A DNA stretch of 64,000 nucleotides from an uncultured Dorea sp. GTDB lineage: Bacteria; Bacillota; Clostridia; Lachnospirales; Lachnospiraceae. The position numbers and the translations under genes are program-made. The stretch is from NCBI GenBank assembly GCA_910584615.1, contig CAJUAM010000002.1:29370-93369 (forward strand). Direction: 5' to 3'. Numbering within the stretch: position 1 is the stretch's first letter; the number at the start of each line of letters is the position of its first letter. Under the pieces are notes generated by a model. That model saw only the letters and a program-made list of their open reading frames with translations. It was not told the origin of the DNA and ran no database searches. Below, piece after piece: positions 7,460-16,415 of this stretch.

Positions 7460-10453
7460 TTATCTACCACAAACACCCGTCTGCGTAATCAGTCTTTCAA
7501 GAATTTCATCCATTACTGTCATCAGACGTGACGCAGCATTATATGACTGTGAATATTTCATAAGACTCATTACTTCCTCATCCATCCATACTCCTGATAC
7601 AGAATCCTTATCATTAGCAATCTGATCCAATACGGTTGTACGTGTATCAAGAACCAGCGACGTTGCTTTTCTCTCAACAGCCTGTGTTCCCTGGATACTC
7701 GTATAACACTCATAAAGTGTTCCTTTGAAAACTTCTCCGCTCTTAGGATCCACAAAAGAATGCGTCTTTTTAGACAATTCATCAATCATCTTATCTACAT
7801 TCCAGTTATCTGAAGAATTGCCCTCTCCAAGAGGATCTCTCTTCGTATTGATCTTGACATCGCCCTTCATCCACGCATCAGATACTTTAGTATTCAACGC
7901 TGTAAAGCCTGACGGAACCATAACATCTTCCATTACCACATTACCGGCTGGGTCTAACTTTACATTACCGTCTGCATCTAACTGCGGAGTCTGTATCACA
8001 TTCCCATCCGCATCTTTTAGGGGTACTGTTGTACCGCCTTCTGTCAGCTGGAACAAAGGATTCTGTGTTAATACTTTTTCTGTTCTCTGAACCATCACCG
8101 GCTTGCCATTCTCATCTGTTACGCCTTGCGTCACTACATTCCCATCTGCATCCAGCTGCGGAACTTTCACCGGCATACCATTAACATCTGTCACTACATT
8201 GCCGTTCTCATCCAGCTTATCAACCATCACAGGTTCCGTTTTTTGTTCCATCACCGGATCGCCGTTGGCATCCACCACCGGCACTTCTTTTTCTGTCATA
8301 TTCTGCTCGTTCATAATTGTAGCAAGCTTATTAATAAATGAATCAAGCATTTTCTGGTAATACTGGATTCCCTTTGTGTCGCTGGCAGCTTTTAGATCGG
8401 CCGGATCTGTAATATCCGCATCAAAAACTTCAGCCTTATTGACCATATCCAGGTTACCTTTTATTACTCCCTCTGAAAGTCTGTCATTGATCGATCCAGT
8501 TATCCTTTCAATAGCAGAAACCGATGCCGCAACTGTTTCCGGTGCTGCCGCGCCAAAACCGGTAACATCAAGCTGAGGAGTCGCTCCATTCATATTAAGG
8601 CTGACACTGCCCTTTACACTTCCGTTAGCATCCATCGAGACTAAGATCGGATCCCCTGCCGCAGGAGTAGTTGCTCCTGCAGCGCTCAGGTATACACTCA
8701 TGATGTCATCCGGTCCCACATCGTAAGTAATCGCGTTATTCGGGAAATATTCCTGAAGCTCTTGAACTTTCTCCAAACGTTTGGCTTCATACTGCGGTAT
8801 CCGAACCTGAAGCTCCTTAATCTGCTTTTGCATATCAGCGGTCGCGCTATCTATCGCTTCCTGTATAACAGAACTCGAACTTGCTGTACCGCTCTGAGTA
8901 CCATTTGCGCCGGTAACAGAATAAGTAAGGGGATCTGTTGTATCAACTCCAGTGATCTCACCTTTAGTATTATCACCTGCAACCAAATCAGAGATTGCAG
9001 TTGTTGTTGTTGGAGGATTCCCAGTCGTCGCGGTTGTGATCACACCTACGGTCATAACCCCGTCTGTTCCTGTAAATGATGTGACCGCATTCACCGGAAA
9101 ATATTCTTTCAGCCTGTTCAATGCCTGTAAACGCTGGCTTTCAGCTACCCTGCGTTCATTCTCAGCCGCATTTAAGTCAGAACTCAATCTTGTCACATCA
9201 TTCTGAGCCGTCTCAATCTGGGCTCTGATCCGCTGTTTTTCTTCCGGAGTCGTCGCATTCTTAAGATCGTTTCTCAGAGTATCAAGCTCTGCGTTCTTAG
9301 CATCTATCTGTCCCTGGAGATTCGTCTTCTGCGTCATCTTATCCATGACAGCCGTATTCATTTCCACGATCTTATCAATATACCCGTTCATTTTATCTTG
9401 ATGGGTCTGGGCAACCTGATTCGTAGTAGTATTGATTGTATTCTGAAGCTTATCTATCTGATCTTTTGTCCTTTTAATAGCTTCGTTCAATTCGGCAATA
9501 TCATCTATATATCCATTAATCTCATTCGGCAGTTCCGTCTTTAAAACCTCTAACCCGCCGCCATATGTCTTTGGATTCTCACCAGCACTTTTAACATAAA
9601 ATTCAACAGGCTGATCCTTCACTGAGCCATCATCATTCTTAGCTATCCCGACCTCACCGCACATATTGTCAGCAACAATCCTGACTTTTTGTCCATCTGA
9701 CAATTTGAGATCGATGTTGAGAATATCTACAACAATACCTCCGCCCAGATTCTGCTTTTCGTATTTCACTTCTATCGGAAAATATGTAGCCAGTGCATCA
9801 ATCATCTCATTTCTGGCATCCATAAGCTCAAGTCCCGGATTGCCCAGCACCTGCGTATTTTTAATAGCAATATTCTTCTCCACAATATCCTTTAAATATT
9901 GATTGATATCCGGAACTATCGTCGTGTCCAGCTTAGTCTTTACCTCTTCGTATAGTTCCTTGATTTCTGTTCCGTTCTGACGGATCGTATTAAGAAGAAC
10001 TTCACATGCAGAGCGCACGACCATATCTGCACTGTCAGTTCCTGTATTCTCAGAATCAGCAAGGTTCTGCAGCTGTGAAATAATATCATTAAACTGTACC
10101 GCAATCGCATCCTTGTCTGTTTCATCAAATATCTGTCCGATCTGAGCAAGTATGGAATCCATCGCATCCGCAGTTCCGACCTTTGGAAGCTGGTTACGAT
10201 ACTGTATATCAAGGAACGGGTCTCTGATCTGGCTGACTCCTGTCATCATAACACCCTGCCCGACTTTAGTACTAAACTGCGAATTAGCAAGACTTGGTCC
10301 TACAGGATTGAGACTGACCTGATCCAAACGCTGTCTTGTATACCCTTGTGTATTAATATTGGACAAATTCTGTCCAGTCACATCTATAGCTCTCTGGCTG
10401 GCTGAAAGTCCGAGTATTGCTGTATTAAAACCTGCAAATGTTGAACGTATCAT
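7460..10453 (-). CDS. flgK: Hook-associated protein FlgK, 997 aa with large insertions
   Basis: GLSASQRAIDVTGQNLSNINTQGYTRQ; SVSGVWMDEE...YNAASRL. Confidence 0.92.
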   Translation of the reverse strand: MIRSTFAGFNTAILGLSASQRAIDVTGQNLSNINTQGYTRQRLDQVSLNPVGPSLANSQFSTKVGQGVMMTGVSQIRDPFLDIQYRNQLPKVGTADAMDSILAQIGQIFDETDKDAIAVQFNDIISQLQNLADSENTGTDSADMVVRSACEVLLNTIRQNGTEIKELYEEVKTKLDTTIVPDINQYLKDIVEKNIAIKNTQVLGNPGLELMDARNEMIDALATYFPIEVKYEKQNLGGGIVVDILNIDLKLSDGQKVRIVADNMCGEVGIAKNDDGSVKDQPVEFYVKSAGENPKTYGGGLEVLKTELPNEINGYIDDIAELNEAIKRTKDQIDKLQNTINTTTNQVAQTHQDKMNGYIDKIVEMNTAVMDKMTQKTNLQGQIDAKNAELDTLRNDLKNATTPEEKQRIRAQIETAQNDVTRLSSDLNAAENERRVAESQRLQALNRLKEYFPVNAVTSFTGTDGVMTVGVITTATTGNPPTTTTAISDLVAGDNTKGEITGVDTTDPLTYSVTGANGTQSGTASSSSVIQEAIDSATADMQKQIKELQVRIPQYEAKRLEKVQELQEYFPNNAITYDVGPDDIMSVYLSAAGATTPAAGDPILVSMDANGSVKGSVSLNMNGATPQLDVTGFGAAAPETVAASVSAIERITGSINDRLSEGVIKGNLDMVNKAEVFDADITDPADLKAASDTKGIQYYQKMLDSFINKLATIMNEQNMTEKEVPVVDANGDPVMEQKTEPVMVDKLDENGNVVTDVNGMPVKVPQLDADGNVVTQGVTDENGKPVMVQRTEKVLTQNPLFQLTEGGTTVPLKDADGNVIQTPQLDADGNVKLDPAGNVVMEDVMVPSGFTALNTKVSDAWMKGDVKINTKRDPLGEGNSSDNWNVDKMIDELSKKTHSFVDPKSGEVFKGTLYECYTSIQGTQAVERKATSLVLDTRTTVLDQIANDKDSVSGVWMDEEVMSLMKYSQSYNAASRLMTVMDEILERLITQTGVCGR

Positions 10454-10469
10454 AAGCTATTCCTCCTGT

Positions 10470-10919
10470 CTATACTCTCCGGCTTGTTACATGCCGGACA
10501 CCTGTTTCACTTTTTCCTTCACCGTTATATGTGTTGCCTGTCTTCTTACGTAATGTTTTATCAATAGAGTAGAGATTCGTGCGTAAGATTTCATTGGAAC
10601 TCTCATTCACTTCCCTGAACATCTGGATCTCTCTGCTAAGCCCATCAAACAAAGGCAGCAACTCTTCCCGCTCGTCATCTGAAACCTGCTCTAAAATCTG
10701 CCTGAACTGCAGTCCCTCATAGCCTGCTTTTTTCTGTGCCCGCTCTCTTGCCAGTTCAAGCCCACGAAGTTTTAGCAATAATGCCTGCTGTTGTGTGACA
10801 CAATCTTCCACTGTTCCCACATGTTTCCCGGTAACTGCATTAAACTTTACATGCTCAACCTTTGTAAGCTGCTTAAACACCCCGATCAATTGCTCTATTA
10901 CATTTTTAAATTCATCCAT
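10470..10919 (-). CDS. flgN: Flagellar export chaperone FlgN
   Basis: Helical 149-aa protein between flgM and flgK with a TY..G C-terminal motif. Confidence 0.75.
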   Translation of the reverse strand: MDEFKNVIEQLIGVFKQLTKVEHVKFNAVTGKHVGTVEDCVTQQQALLLKLRGLELARERAQKKAGYEGLQFRQILEQVSDDEREELLPLFDGLSREIQMFREVNESSNEILRTNLYSIDKTLRKKTGNTYNGEGKSETGVRHVTSRRV

Positions 10920-10920
10920 G

Positions 10921-11229
10921 TTATACTATCCCTTTCTCGAGAAGTATACGCGCCGCAATCTTTTCCGCATCCGGACGATATGTCCCGTCTTCTACCTGCC
11001 GCTTAAGGCTCTCGATCTTATCCTGCGGCGTTGCGCTGCGCACTTCCTGAATCACCTTATGTGCCGCTTCACCAGCGAGCATCTTATCACTCTGTGAAGC
11101 ATCCGAACCAATGAATATCTGATCGCAATTCCGGCTGGTCTTTCCCGCTTCCATACCTTTGGCAGCAAGCTTCGCTTTATACGACAGCCCATCATAGGGA
11201 TGAATTCTCTTATTAATATCTATCTTCAT
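10921..11229 (-). CDS. flgM: Anti-sigma28 factor FlgM
   Basis: KIESLKRQVEDGTYRPDAEKIAARIL C-terminal motif. Confidence 0.9.
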   Translation of the reverse strand: MKIDINKRIHPYDGLSYKAKLAAKGMEAGKTSRNCDQIFIGSDASQSDKMLAGEAAHKVIQEVRSATPQDKIESLKRQVEDGTYRPDAEKIAARILLEKGIV

Positions 11230-11297
11230 TGTCCTTCCTCCTCACATTATAAAACCATATATTTGGGTCATTTTGTGGACTTTTTTCTTCATAATAA

Positions 11298-11324
11298 TTA
11301 TCGTCATCTATTGTCAAATGTTAA
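11298..11324 (-). promoter_or_regulatory. sigma28 promoter of the flgM operon
   Basis: TTAA-N15-GACGATAA on the minus strand. Confidence 0.7.
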
Positions 11325-11352
11325 GCTTGATTCCATGCATTTTCATTCTTTC

Positions 11353-12114
11353 TCAACGTTTCCCTAATTTACTTCTGCGCTCCTGACGCTCCCTTAATAC
11401 CCGCCGCTCATCAAATATATCTCCTGCCGTTGAACTGTAGACCATATTCTTCTCATCCGCAACTATAACTCCTGCGGCCAATGTGACCACCCGCTTTTTC
11501 ATAATCGTTACCAACTCTCTGTTATGACTGGCAACAAGAACTGTGATGCCTTTTCTGTTGATCTCATCTATCAGGCACATCAGATCCCACGCAGCAGATG
11601 GATCCAGATTTGCTGTCGGCTCGTCCAATACCAATATCTTCGGATTAGTGACCAGAGCCCGCGCAAGCAGCACTCTCGCCGCCTCGCCGCCTGACAGTTC
11701 TTTTGGATAATGGTCTGCTCTGTTAAATATCCCGACTGTACGCATAGTCTGTTCCACCCTGCGTTTCGTCAGTTTCAAAGGCTGCTCTGTGGCACGCATT
11801 GCAAACTCGATATTCTGCCTTGCCGTCCGGTCTTTCAAAAGTCCCAAATCTGCCTGCATGATCCCAAACTGTCTCCGATAGTAAGGAATCTTCTCCCTTG
11901 TCAAATTAGAAACATCTTCTCCCCGCACCCACATCTCTCCTGACGTCGGAAATATCTGTCCGCTTAAAAGCTTTAAAAACGTACTTTTTCCCGAACCGCT
12001 CCGTCCGGTCACAAAGACAAATTCTCCTTCCTCAATTGATATAGAGAACTCTTCAAGCGCTACAATGTCCGATTTATATAATTTGTTTACAGACTTGAAT
12101 TCAATTTCTTTCAT
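11353..12114 (-). CDS. FtsE-like ABC ATPase with no adjacent permease
   Basis: GEFVFVTGRSGSGKST, IPYYRRQFG, LSGGE, LDEPTANLDP; start at MKEIEF. Confidence 0.8.
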   Translation of the reverse strand: MKEIEFKSVNKLYKSDIVALEEFSISIEEGEFVFVTGRSGSGKSTFLKLLSGQIFPTSGEMWVRGEDVSNLTREKIPYYRRQFGIMQADLGLLKDRTARQNIEFAMRATEQPLKLTKRRVEQTMRTVGIFNRADHYPKELSGGEAARVLLARALVTNPKILVLDEPTANLDPSAAWDLMCLIDEINRKGITVLVASHNRELVTIMKKRVVTLAAGVIVADEKNMVYSSTAGDIFDERRVLRERQERRSKLGKR

Positions 12115-12163
12115 AAATACACCTACATAGCCTGACGGCATCTTCCAAATATTATTAAAACAC

Positions 12164-12213
12164 AAAAATGCCAAATATGGAAAACGGATCAAATCCGTTT
12201 TCCGTATCGGCAT
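12164..12213 (-). terminator. Long hairpin with U-tract ending the fliD operon
   Basis: ATGCCGATACGGAAAACGGAT-TTG-ATCCGTTTTCCATATTTGGCAT followed by TTTT on the minus strand. Confidence 0.7.
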
Positions 12214-12236
12214 CTTCATTTATCTTATAACTACCT

Positions 12237-12656
12237 TTATCTGTCCGCGTAAAAAGAATCCGCCCCTGCCAGACGTTTATTCATATGACGGTCGACCATC
12301 ATTGTCTTTTCCCAGACATTGCGTATACTACCCGCCAGACGCACCACAAGCATTCCTTCTTTCCCATATTTCTCTGAACTGCTAATTTTGCCATCAACTA
12401 CTTTCATAAGCCATTCTTTAACTTCTAGCGGAACGCTGTTTAAAAACAAGTGGAAGTCACGATCGCATTCACGTATCTTTTCAATCTCTTCTCCGCGCAT
12501 ACAAAGCGTCATCTGAACGCTCACCCGGTCATCTCGTGAAAGTCCCTCAGCCATCTCTTCTGTAAGTCTGCTGATCTCTGACATATGAGTGTACTTCCTT
12601 TGAAGTACTTTGGCAATCTCTGTTAATAACGCTCCATAATTCTCTTCTTTCACCAT
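12237..12656 (-). CDS. Helical protein in the FliT position (FlgN/FliT-like chaperone candidate)
   Basis: Directly after fliS; all-alpha, about 139 aa; no diagnostic motif recognised. Confidence 0.5.
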   Translation of the reverse strand: MVKEENYGALLTEIAKVLQRKYTHMSEISRLTEEMAEGLSRDDRVSVQMTLCMRGEEIEKIRECDRDFHLFLNSVPLEVKEWLMKVVDGKISSSEKYGKEGMLVVRLAGSIRNVWEKTMMVDRHMNKRLAGADSFYADR

Positions 12657-12657
12657 A

Positions 12658-13020
12658 TCACGCTCTCTTCGCAGCTTCTGCAAAAGTGTCTCTCAGTTCC
12701 TTAACAAGCGGTTTCAGTTCCTTAATAACCTCCGCTTTCCTGCCTGCAGATACTCTGCTTAATTCATACAAGAAAAAATCATACATCGTATTCAGTTCCC
12801 TGCTGATCTCATAATTGAAATTCAAAGTATCTTTCAGATACTGAACAATATCCACACTTCTCTGTACGGATGCATCAAACAAAACGTAATCTTCTTTCTT
12901 AAGCGCCATTTCCGCCCGCACCAGCCTCTTGGTCAGTTCATCATAAAGGAGAAGAAGCATCTCTCCCGGTGTCATCGTCATAACCGACTGGTTCTTATAT
13001 GATTGGTATCCATTTGCCAT
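12658..13020 (-). CDS. fliS: Flagellin chaperone FliS
   Basis: YKNQSVMTMTPGEMLLLLYD...LNTMYDF...LRDTF. Confidence 0.92.
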   Translation of the reverse strand: MANGYQSYKNQSVMTMTPGEMLLLLYDELTKRLVRAEMALKKEDYVLFDASVQRSVDIVQYLKDTLNFNYEISRELNTMYDFFLYELSRVSAGRKAEVIKELKPLVKELRDTFAEAAKRA

Positions 13021-13055
13021 GCTTCCATCTCTCACTTTCTTTTATCTACTTTTCC

Positions 13056-15521
13056 CTAAGCAAACATCGAACTCAGATAGCTGCTCTGATTATTCATCTG
13101 GGAAATCAGAGTCTCCAATGAAGTAAACTGTGAGATATATCTATCAGTTTCTGTCTCAAGCTTATCCTGCAGCCGTTCGATATAATCATCAATTTTATCC
13201 ATCTGCTTCTGAAGGCTATTCGACAGGACGCTTGTCGGCGCATAGATCGAACCGGCTCTCTCAACCAATATACCTTTCGTTGCTCCGGTCATAGTGCCAT
13301 ATTTATCCATAACACTTTTGATTCTGACCATCAAACCGCCCTGAATCGTATTGCCATTCTCATCTTTAGAGACTGCTTTAGAAAATGCTTCTTTAACGCC
13401 TTCCGGATCCGCCTGCAACGCTGTCCTGAACTTCGCCTCATCAAATACCAGCTTACCATTATCACTGTAAGTAGTAGAAGTAGAAATTCCCATACTGGAT
13501 AATACCGTACTGTTTCCTGAATTGATGATGCTTCTTAAGTTGTCTGACATCATCCTCAAATCCATATCAGCAAAAAGAATACCTTCTTTTGCTTTTTCTT
13601 CCCATCTCTCTATCTGGTCTTCATTCAGCTCTGCCTTCTGCTCATCTGTCAGAGGGGAGTAATCACGGTCTGGCTTTGTCTTAACATGTGTATTTACAAG
13701 TTCGAGAATCTCATTAAAAGCATCTACCATTTCTTTTACCGCTTCAACAGCTTTGTCCGCGTCTACTTCTGCATTAAACGTAATAGCCTCTGTATCTTTG
13801 TCTATAACGCCGTCTTTATAACCAAAAGTACCTTTCAGCGTCACATTCAGCCCATCCATCGAAATCACATTGCTTCCGCGGGTAATCTCCACCTCTTCTT
13901 CTGATCCTGAATACTTCACAGCAAGGATCGCATCCTTGCCTTCTTCATATTGTGTGCCCGGAATATCTGTATCATCAGTTACATTTGTATAGTCATTCGA
14001 TCCTTTACCAAACAGATATATCGCAAGATTGTCAGGCACATCTTCAATTTCAATATTTCCGCTTTCTCCGTCTTCAGTGGAAGTTATCACAAAACGGTCT
14101 GACATCTCCTGGTATGAGACATTAACTCCAATACCCTCTGTAGCATTAATCTTATCAATGATCTCTTTCACTGTGCTGTCTTTTGTAATTCCCTTTACTT
14201 CTTTGCCATTAATATTAAGATAATAAGTGTCATCGCTCTTTAGCAGTTCTTTAAATTTATCAGCATTTTTAAAACCGGCATTCGCTATAGTCGCCGACTG
14301 ATTCAGACGGTTAGAAGTACCTGCTACAATCCCAAATGCACCGCTGTTACCGATAATCGTCCCTGTTCCTCCTTTGATAGATAACACAGAGGTAGTATCA
14401 TCGTCTCCGTTTGGCTTCGTTGTTTTAAATGAGAAACTTGCAGAAGAATCATCTGCGGCTTTATCCAGCTCTACTTTAATTCGCCCTTTTCCAAACGACT
14501 GATCCAGTTTATTTTGTAAATCCTTCTGAACATCTTCAATCGATGCCCAGTCATTATAATTGCCTAATGTAATCTGCTTGGACTGTCCGTTATAGCTAAA
14601 ATTAATCTGGGATTTACTCAAACGCTGCGCCAATGTTTTCTCAACTATTAGCTCAGCGTCATCCGGTGCTATAAGACCATTTGCAGTAATAGTCTTCTCT
14701 TTATCTGTTAGGTTGCTGAACTTCTCTCCCGGCTCCAGGAATCCTAAATCCTGCAGTATATTTCCTGTACCGCCGTTAAGCTGTACAGTATTACCGTGAG
14801 CTTTCGTCTCATCAAGTTTGAATCTGACTTTACCGCCCACCATATCAACATCTATGATATCGCCCAATGTCTGCGCGTTTGTACCGCTTCCGACTTCCAC
14901 TTCCTGCAGCGCCTTTTTTATTGATTCAACTGCTTTTTCAGGAGTCGAATAATCATAAACGTCCGTATCCTTCAGATTCACGGAATAATTAGTCGTGCCA
15001 TACTTAATATATAATACATCGCCGGCAATCGTACTGACACCTTCTGTTGCAGACAGATCTCCGCCTGAGCCAAGCTTCATCTCCCCTGTATTTAAGATGC
15101 CATTTGAAATACTGCCTGTTGTTGTCAGTCTGGCGTTCGTCGCAAGCTGCTTTATTGCCGCAATAGACATATTAACCGACGACGAGGCAGTACCTGATAC
15201 AGAAACATATTTGCTGTTCTCACCAACTGCCGTTATCTGATTCCTTGAAAACAGATTGGAAGAAAGCAGGTTTTTTGAAGAAGAATAAGAAGTATAATCA
15301 GATGTATAGTTATAAATCTTACTCGTAATATCCCTCAACGCATCCCGCTGCCACTCTAACTTTGTCTTTTGCTGACCCTGCTTCGCAATCTTACTGCGCG
15401 TAGCAGCTGTCATCTGCTCAATCAAGCTGTCTCTGTCAAGACCACTGGCAAGTCCGCCGTAACCTCTGATCTGCGAAGAAAGACTCGAATAGGAACTATT
15501 TGTACCTGAAACTGATGCCAT
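13056..15521 (-). CDS. fliD: Filament cap protein FliD (821 aa)
   Basis: GLASGLD N-terminus; YSPLTDEQK..WEEKAKEG; QFTSLETLISQMNNQSSYL C-terminus. Confidence 0.93.
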   Translation of the reverse strand: MASVSGTNSSYSSLSSQIRGYGGLASGLDRDSLIEQMTAATRSKIAKQGQQKTKLEWQRDALRDITSKIYNYTSDYTSYSSSKNLLSSNLFSRNQITAVGENSKYVSVSGTASSSVNMSIAAIKQLATNARLTTTGSISNGILNTGEMKLGSGGDLSATEGVSTIAGDVLYIKYGTTNYSVNLKDTDVYDYSTPEKAVESIKKALQEVEVGSGTNAQTLGDIIDVDMVGGKVRFKLDETKAHGNTVQLNGGTGNILQDLGFLEPGEKFSNLTDKEKTITANGLIAPDDAELIVEKTLAQRLSKSQINFSYNGQSKQITLGNYNDWASIEDVQKDLQNKLDQSFGKGRIKVELDKAADDSSASFSFKTTKPNGDDDTTSVLSIKGGTGTIIGNSGAFGIVAGTSNRLNQSATIANAGFKNADKFKELLKSDDTYYLNINGKEVKGITKDSTVKEIIDKINATEGIGVNVSYQEMSDRFVITSTEDGESGNIEIEDVPDNLAIYLFGKGSNDYTNVTDDTDIPGTQYEEGKDAILAVKYSGSEEEVEITRGSNVISMDGLNVTLKGTFGYKDGVIDKDTEAITFNAEVDADKAVEAVKEMVDAFNEILELVNTHVKTKPDRDYSPLTDEQKAELNEDQIERWEEKAKEGILFADMDLRMMSDNLRSIINSGNSTVLSSMGISTSTTYSDNGKLVFDEAKFRTALQADPEGVKEAFSKAVSKDENGNTIQGGLMVRIKSVMDKYGTMTGATKGILVERAGSIYAPTSVLSNSLQKQMDKIDDYIERLQDKLETETDRYISQFTSLETLISQMNNQSSYLSSMFA

Positions 15522-15608
15522 AATATCACTCCCTCTTTATCAAAATCAATTTAGATATATATTGTTTCTTTCATTTTCTCAAAACAAACTTCGTTGCATC
15601 TAAATTAA

Positions 15609-15635
15609 ATATCGGCATAAAATACAATAAATTAA
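15609..15635 (-). promoter_or_regulatory. sigma28 promoter of the fliD operon
   Basis: TTAA-N15-GCCGATAT on the minus strand. Confidence 0.85.
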
Positions 15636-15653
15636 TTCTTTTATTCTCAGAAA

Positions 15654-16415
15654 TTAATCCCTGCCATGGTGCGGATGCTCTTTTACTTTTGTACATGCTT
15701 TCGTGATCTCTACTGTTATGACTCCCGCATACCGCTGTGAATAAAAGTTCATAAGCGGCGTCGCCGCATTTCTGCTTACAACTACATATTTTGAAGGCAG
15801 GCTAGTCAGCGCAAGCGCAATGATATCCGCTTTGCATCTGGAACACTGACAAGTCGCGAACTGGTTCATATACGTGTCTACTCTTTCCCGGACCAATGTC
15901 TCCATGACATTTAAGAAAACGTACTCTTTCTCTACCTGCTTTTCCTTCTCTTCTGCCGCTTTAAGCGCTTCTTCTTCCGCTTTTTTCAAAGCTTCTTCTT
16001 CTGCCTTCTTATTTTCCTCGGCTTTTTTCTCTTCCTCAGCCGCTTTAAGAGCCTCTTCTTCTGCCTTTTTAGCTTCCTCAGCCGCTCTTCTCTCCTCTTC
16101 TTCGAAGATTTCTCTTGCTTCTGCTTCCGCCGCTCTAAGCGCTTCTTCTTCATCTTCGTCAAAGATTATTTCTGGTGTTCTTACAGTATCAGTATCTTCC
16201 GCTTCCAGTTCTTCTTCAAGAAGATGTTTAACAGTATCAGCAATTGCCTCATCCTCTTCCTGCTTGGCAACTACCTGTACATTAGAACCTGCTGCCGTAT
16301 CGGATTTCGCTTCATTGACAGCTGCTTGTCTTTTATCTTCTGCTGTACTAACTTCTTCACCCTTGCCTGCTAAAAGTCCCAGTACATGATTCGTCTTATT
16401 TGTCTTTCTTGCCAT
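15654..16415 (-). CDS. ComFB-domain protein with basic N-terminal peptide and E/K/A-rich helical spacer
   Basis: C-terminal NVMETLV...CQCSRCKADIIALALTSLPSKYVV...VKEHPHH is the ComFB signature; GGAGG RBS before MARKTNK; overlaps the parA-like stop by 20 nt. Confidence 0.85.
   Translation of the reverse strand: MARKTNKTNHVLGLLAGKGEEVSTAEDKRQAAVNEAKSDTAAGSNVQVVAKQEEDEAIADTVKHLLEEELEAEDTDTVRTPEIIFDEDEEEALRAAEAEAREIFEEEERRAAEEAKKAEEEALKAAEEEKKAEENKKAEEEALKKAEEEALKAAEEKEKQVEKEYVFLNVMETLVRERVDTYMNQFATCQCSRCKADIIALALTSLPSKYVVVSRNAATPLMNFYSQRYAGVITVEITKACTKVKEHPHHGRD

Noticed and set aside
7725..16389. Long plus-strand ORFs opposite flgK, fliD and the ComFB gene (e.g. 7725-8090, 15874-16389)
   Set aside because: Antisense shadows of well-supported genes; the Ser/Phe-rich composition simply mirrors Glu/Lys codons
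15654..16415. Competence operon (comF)
   Set aside because: No comFA or comFC nearby; only the ComFB domain is present
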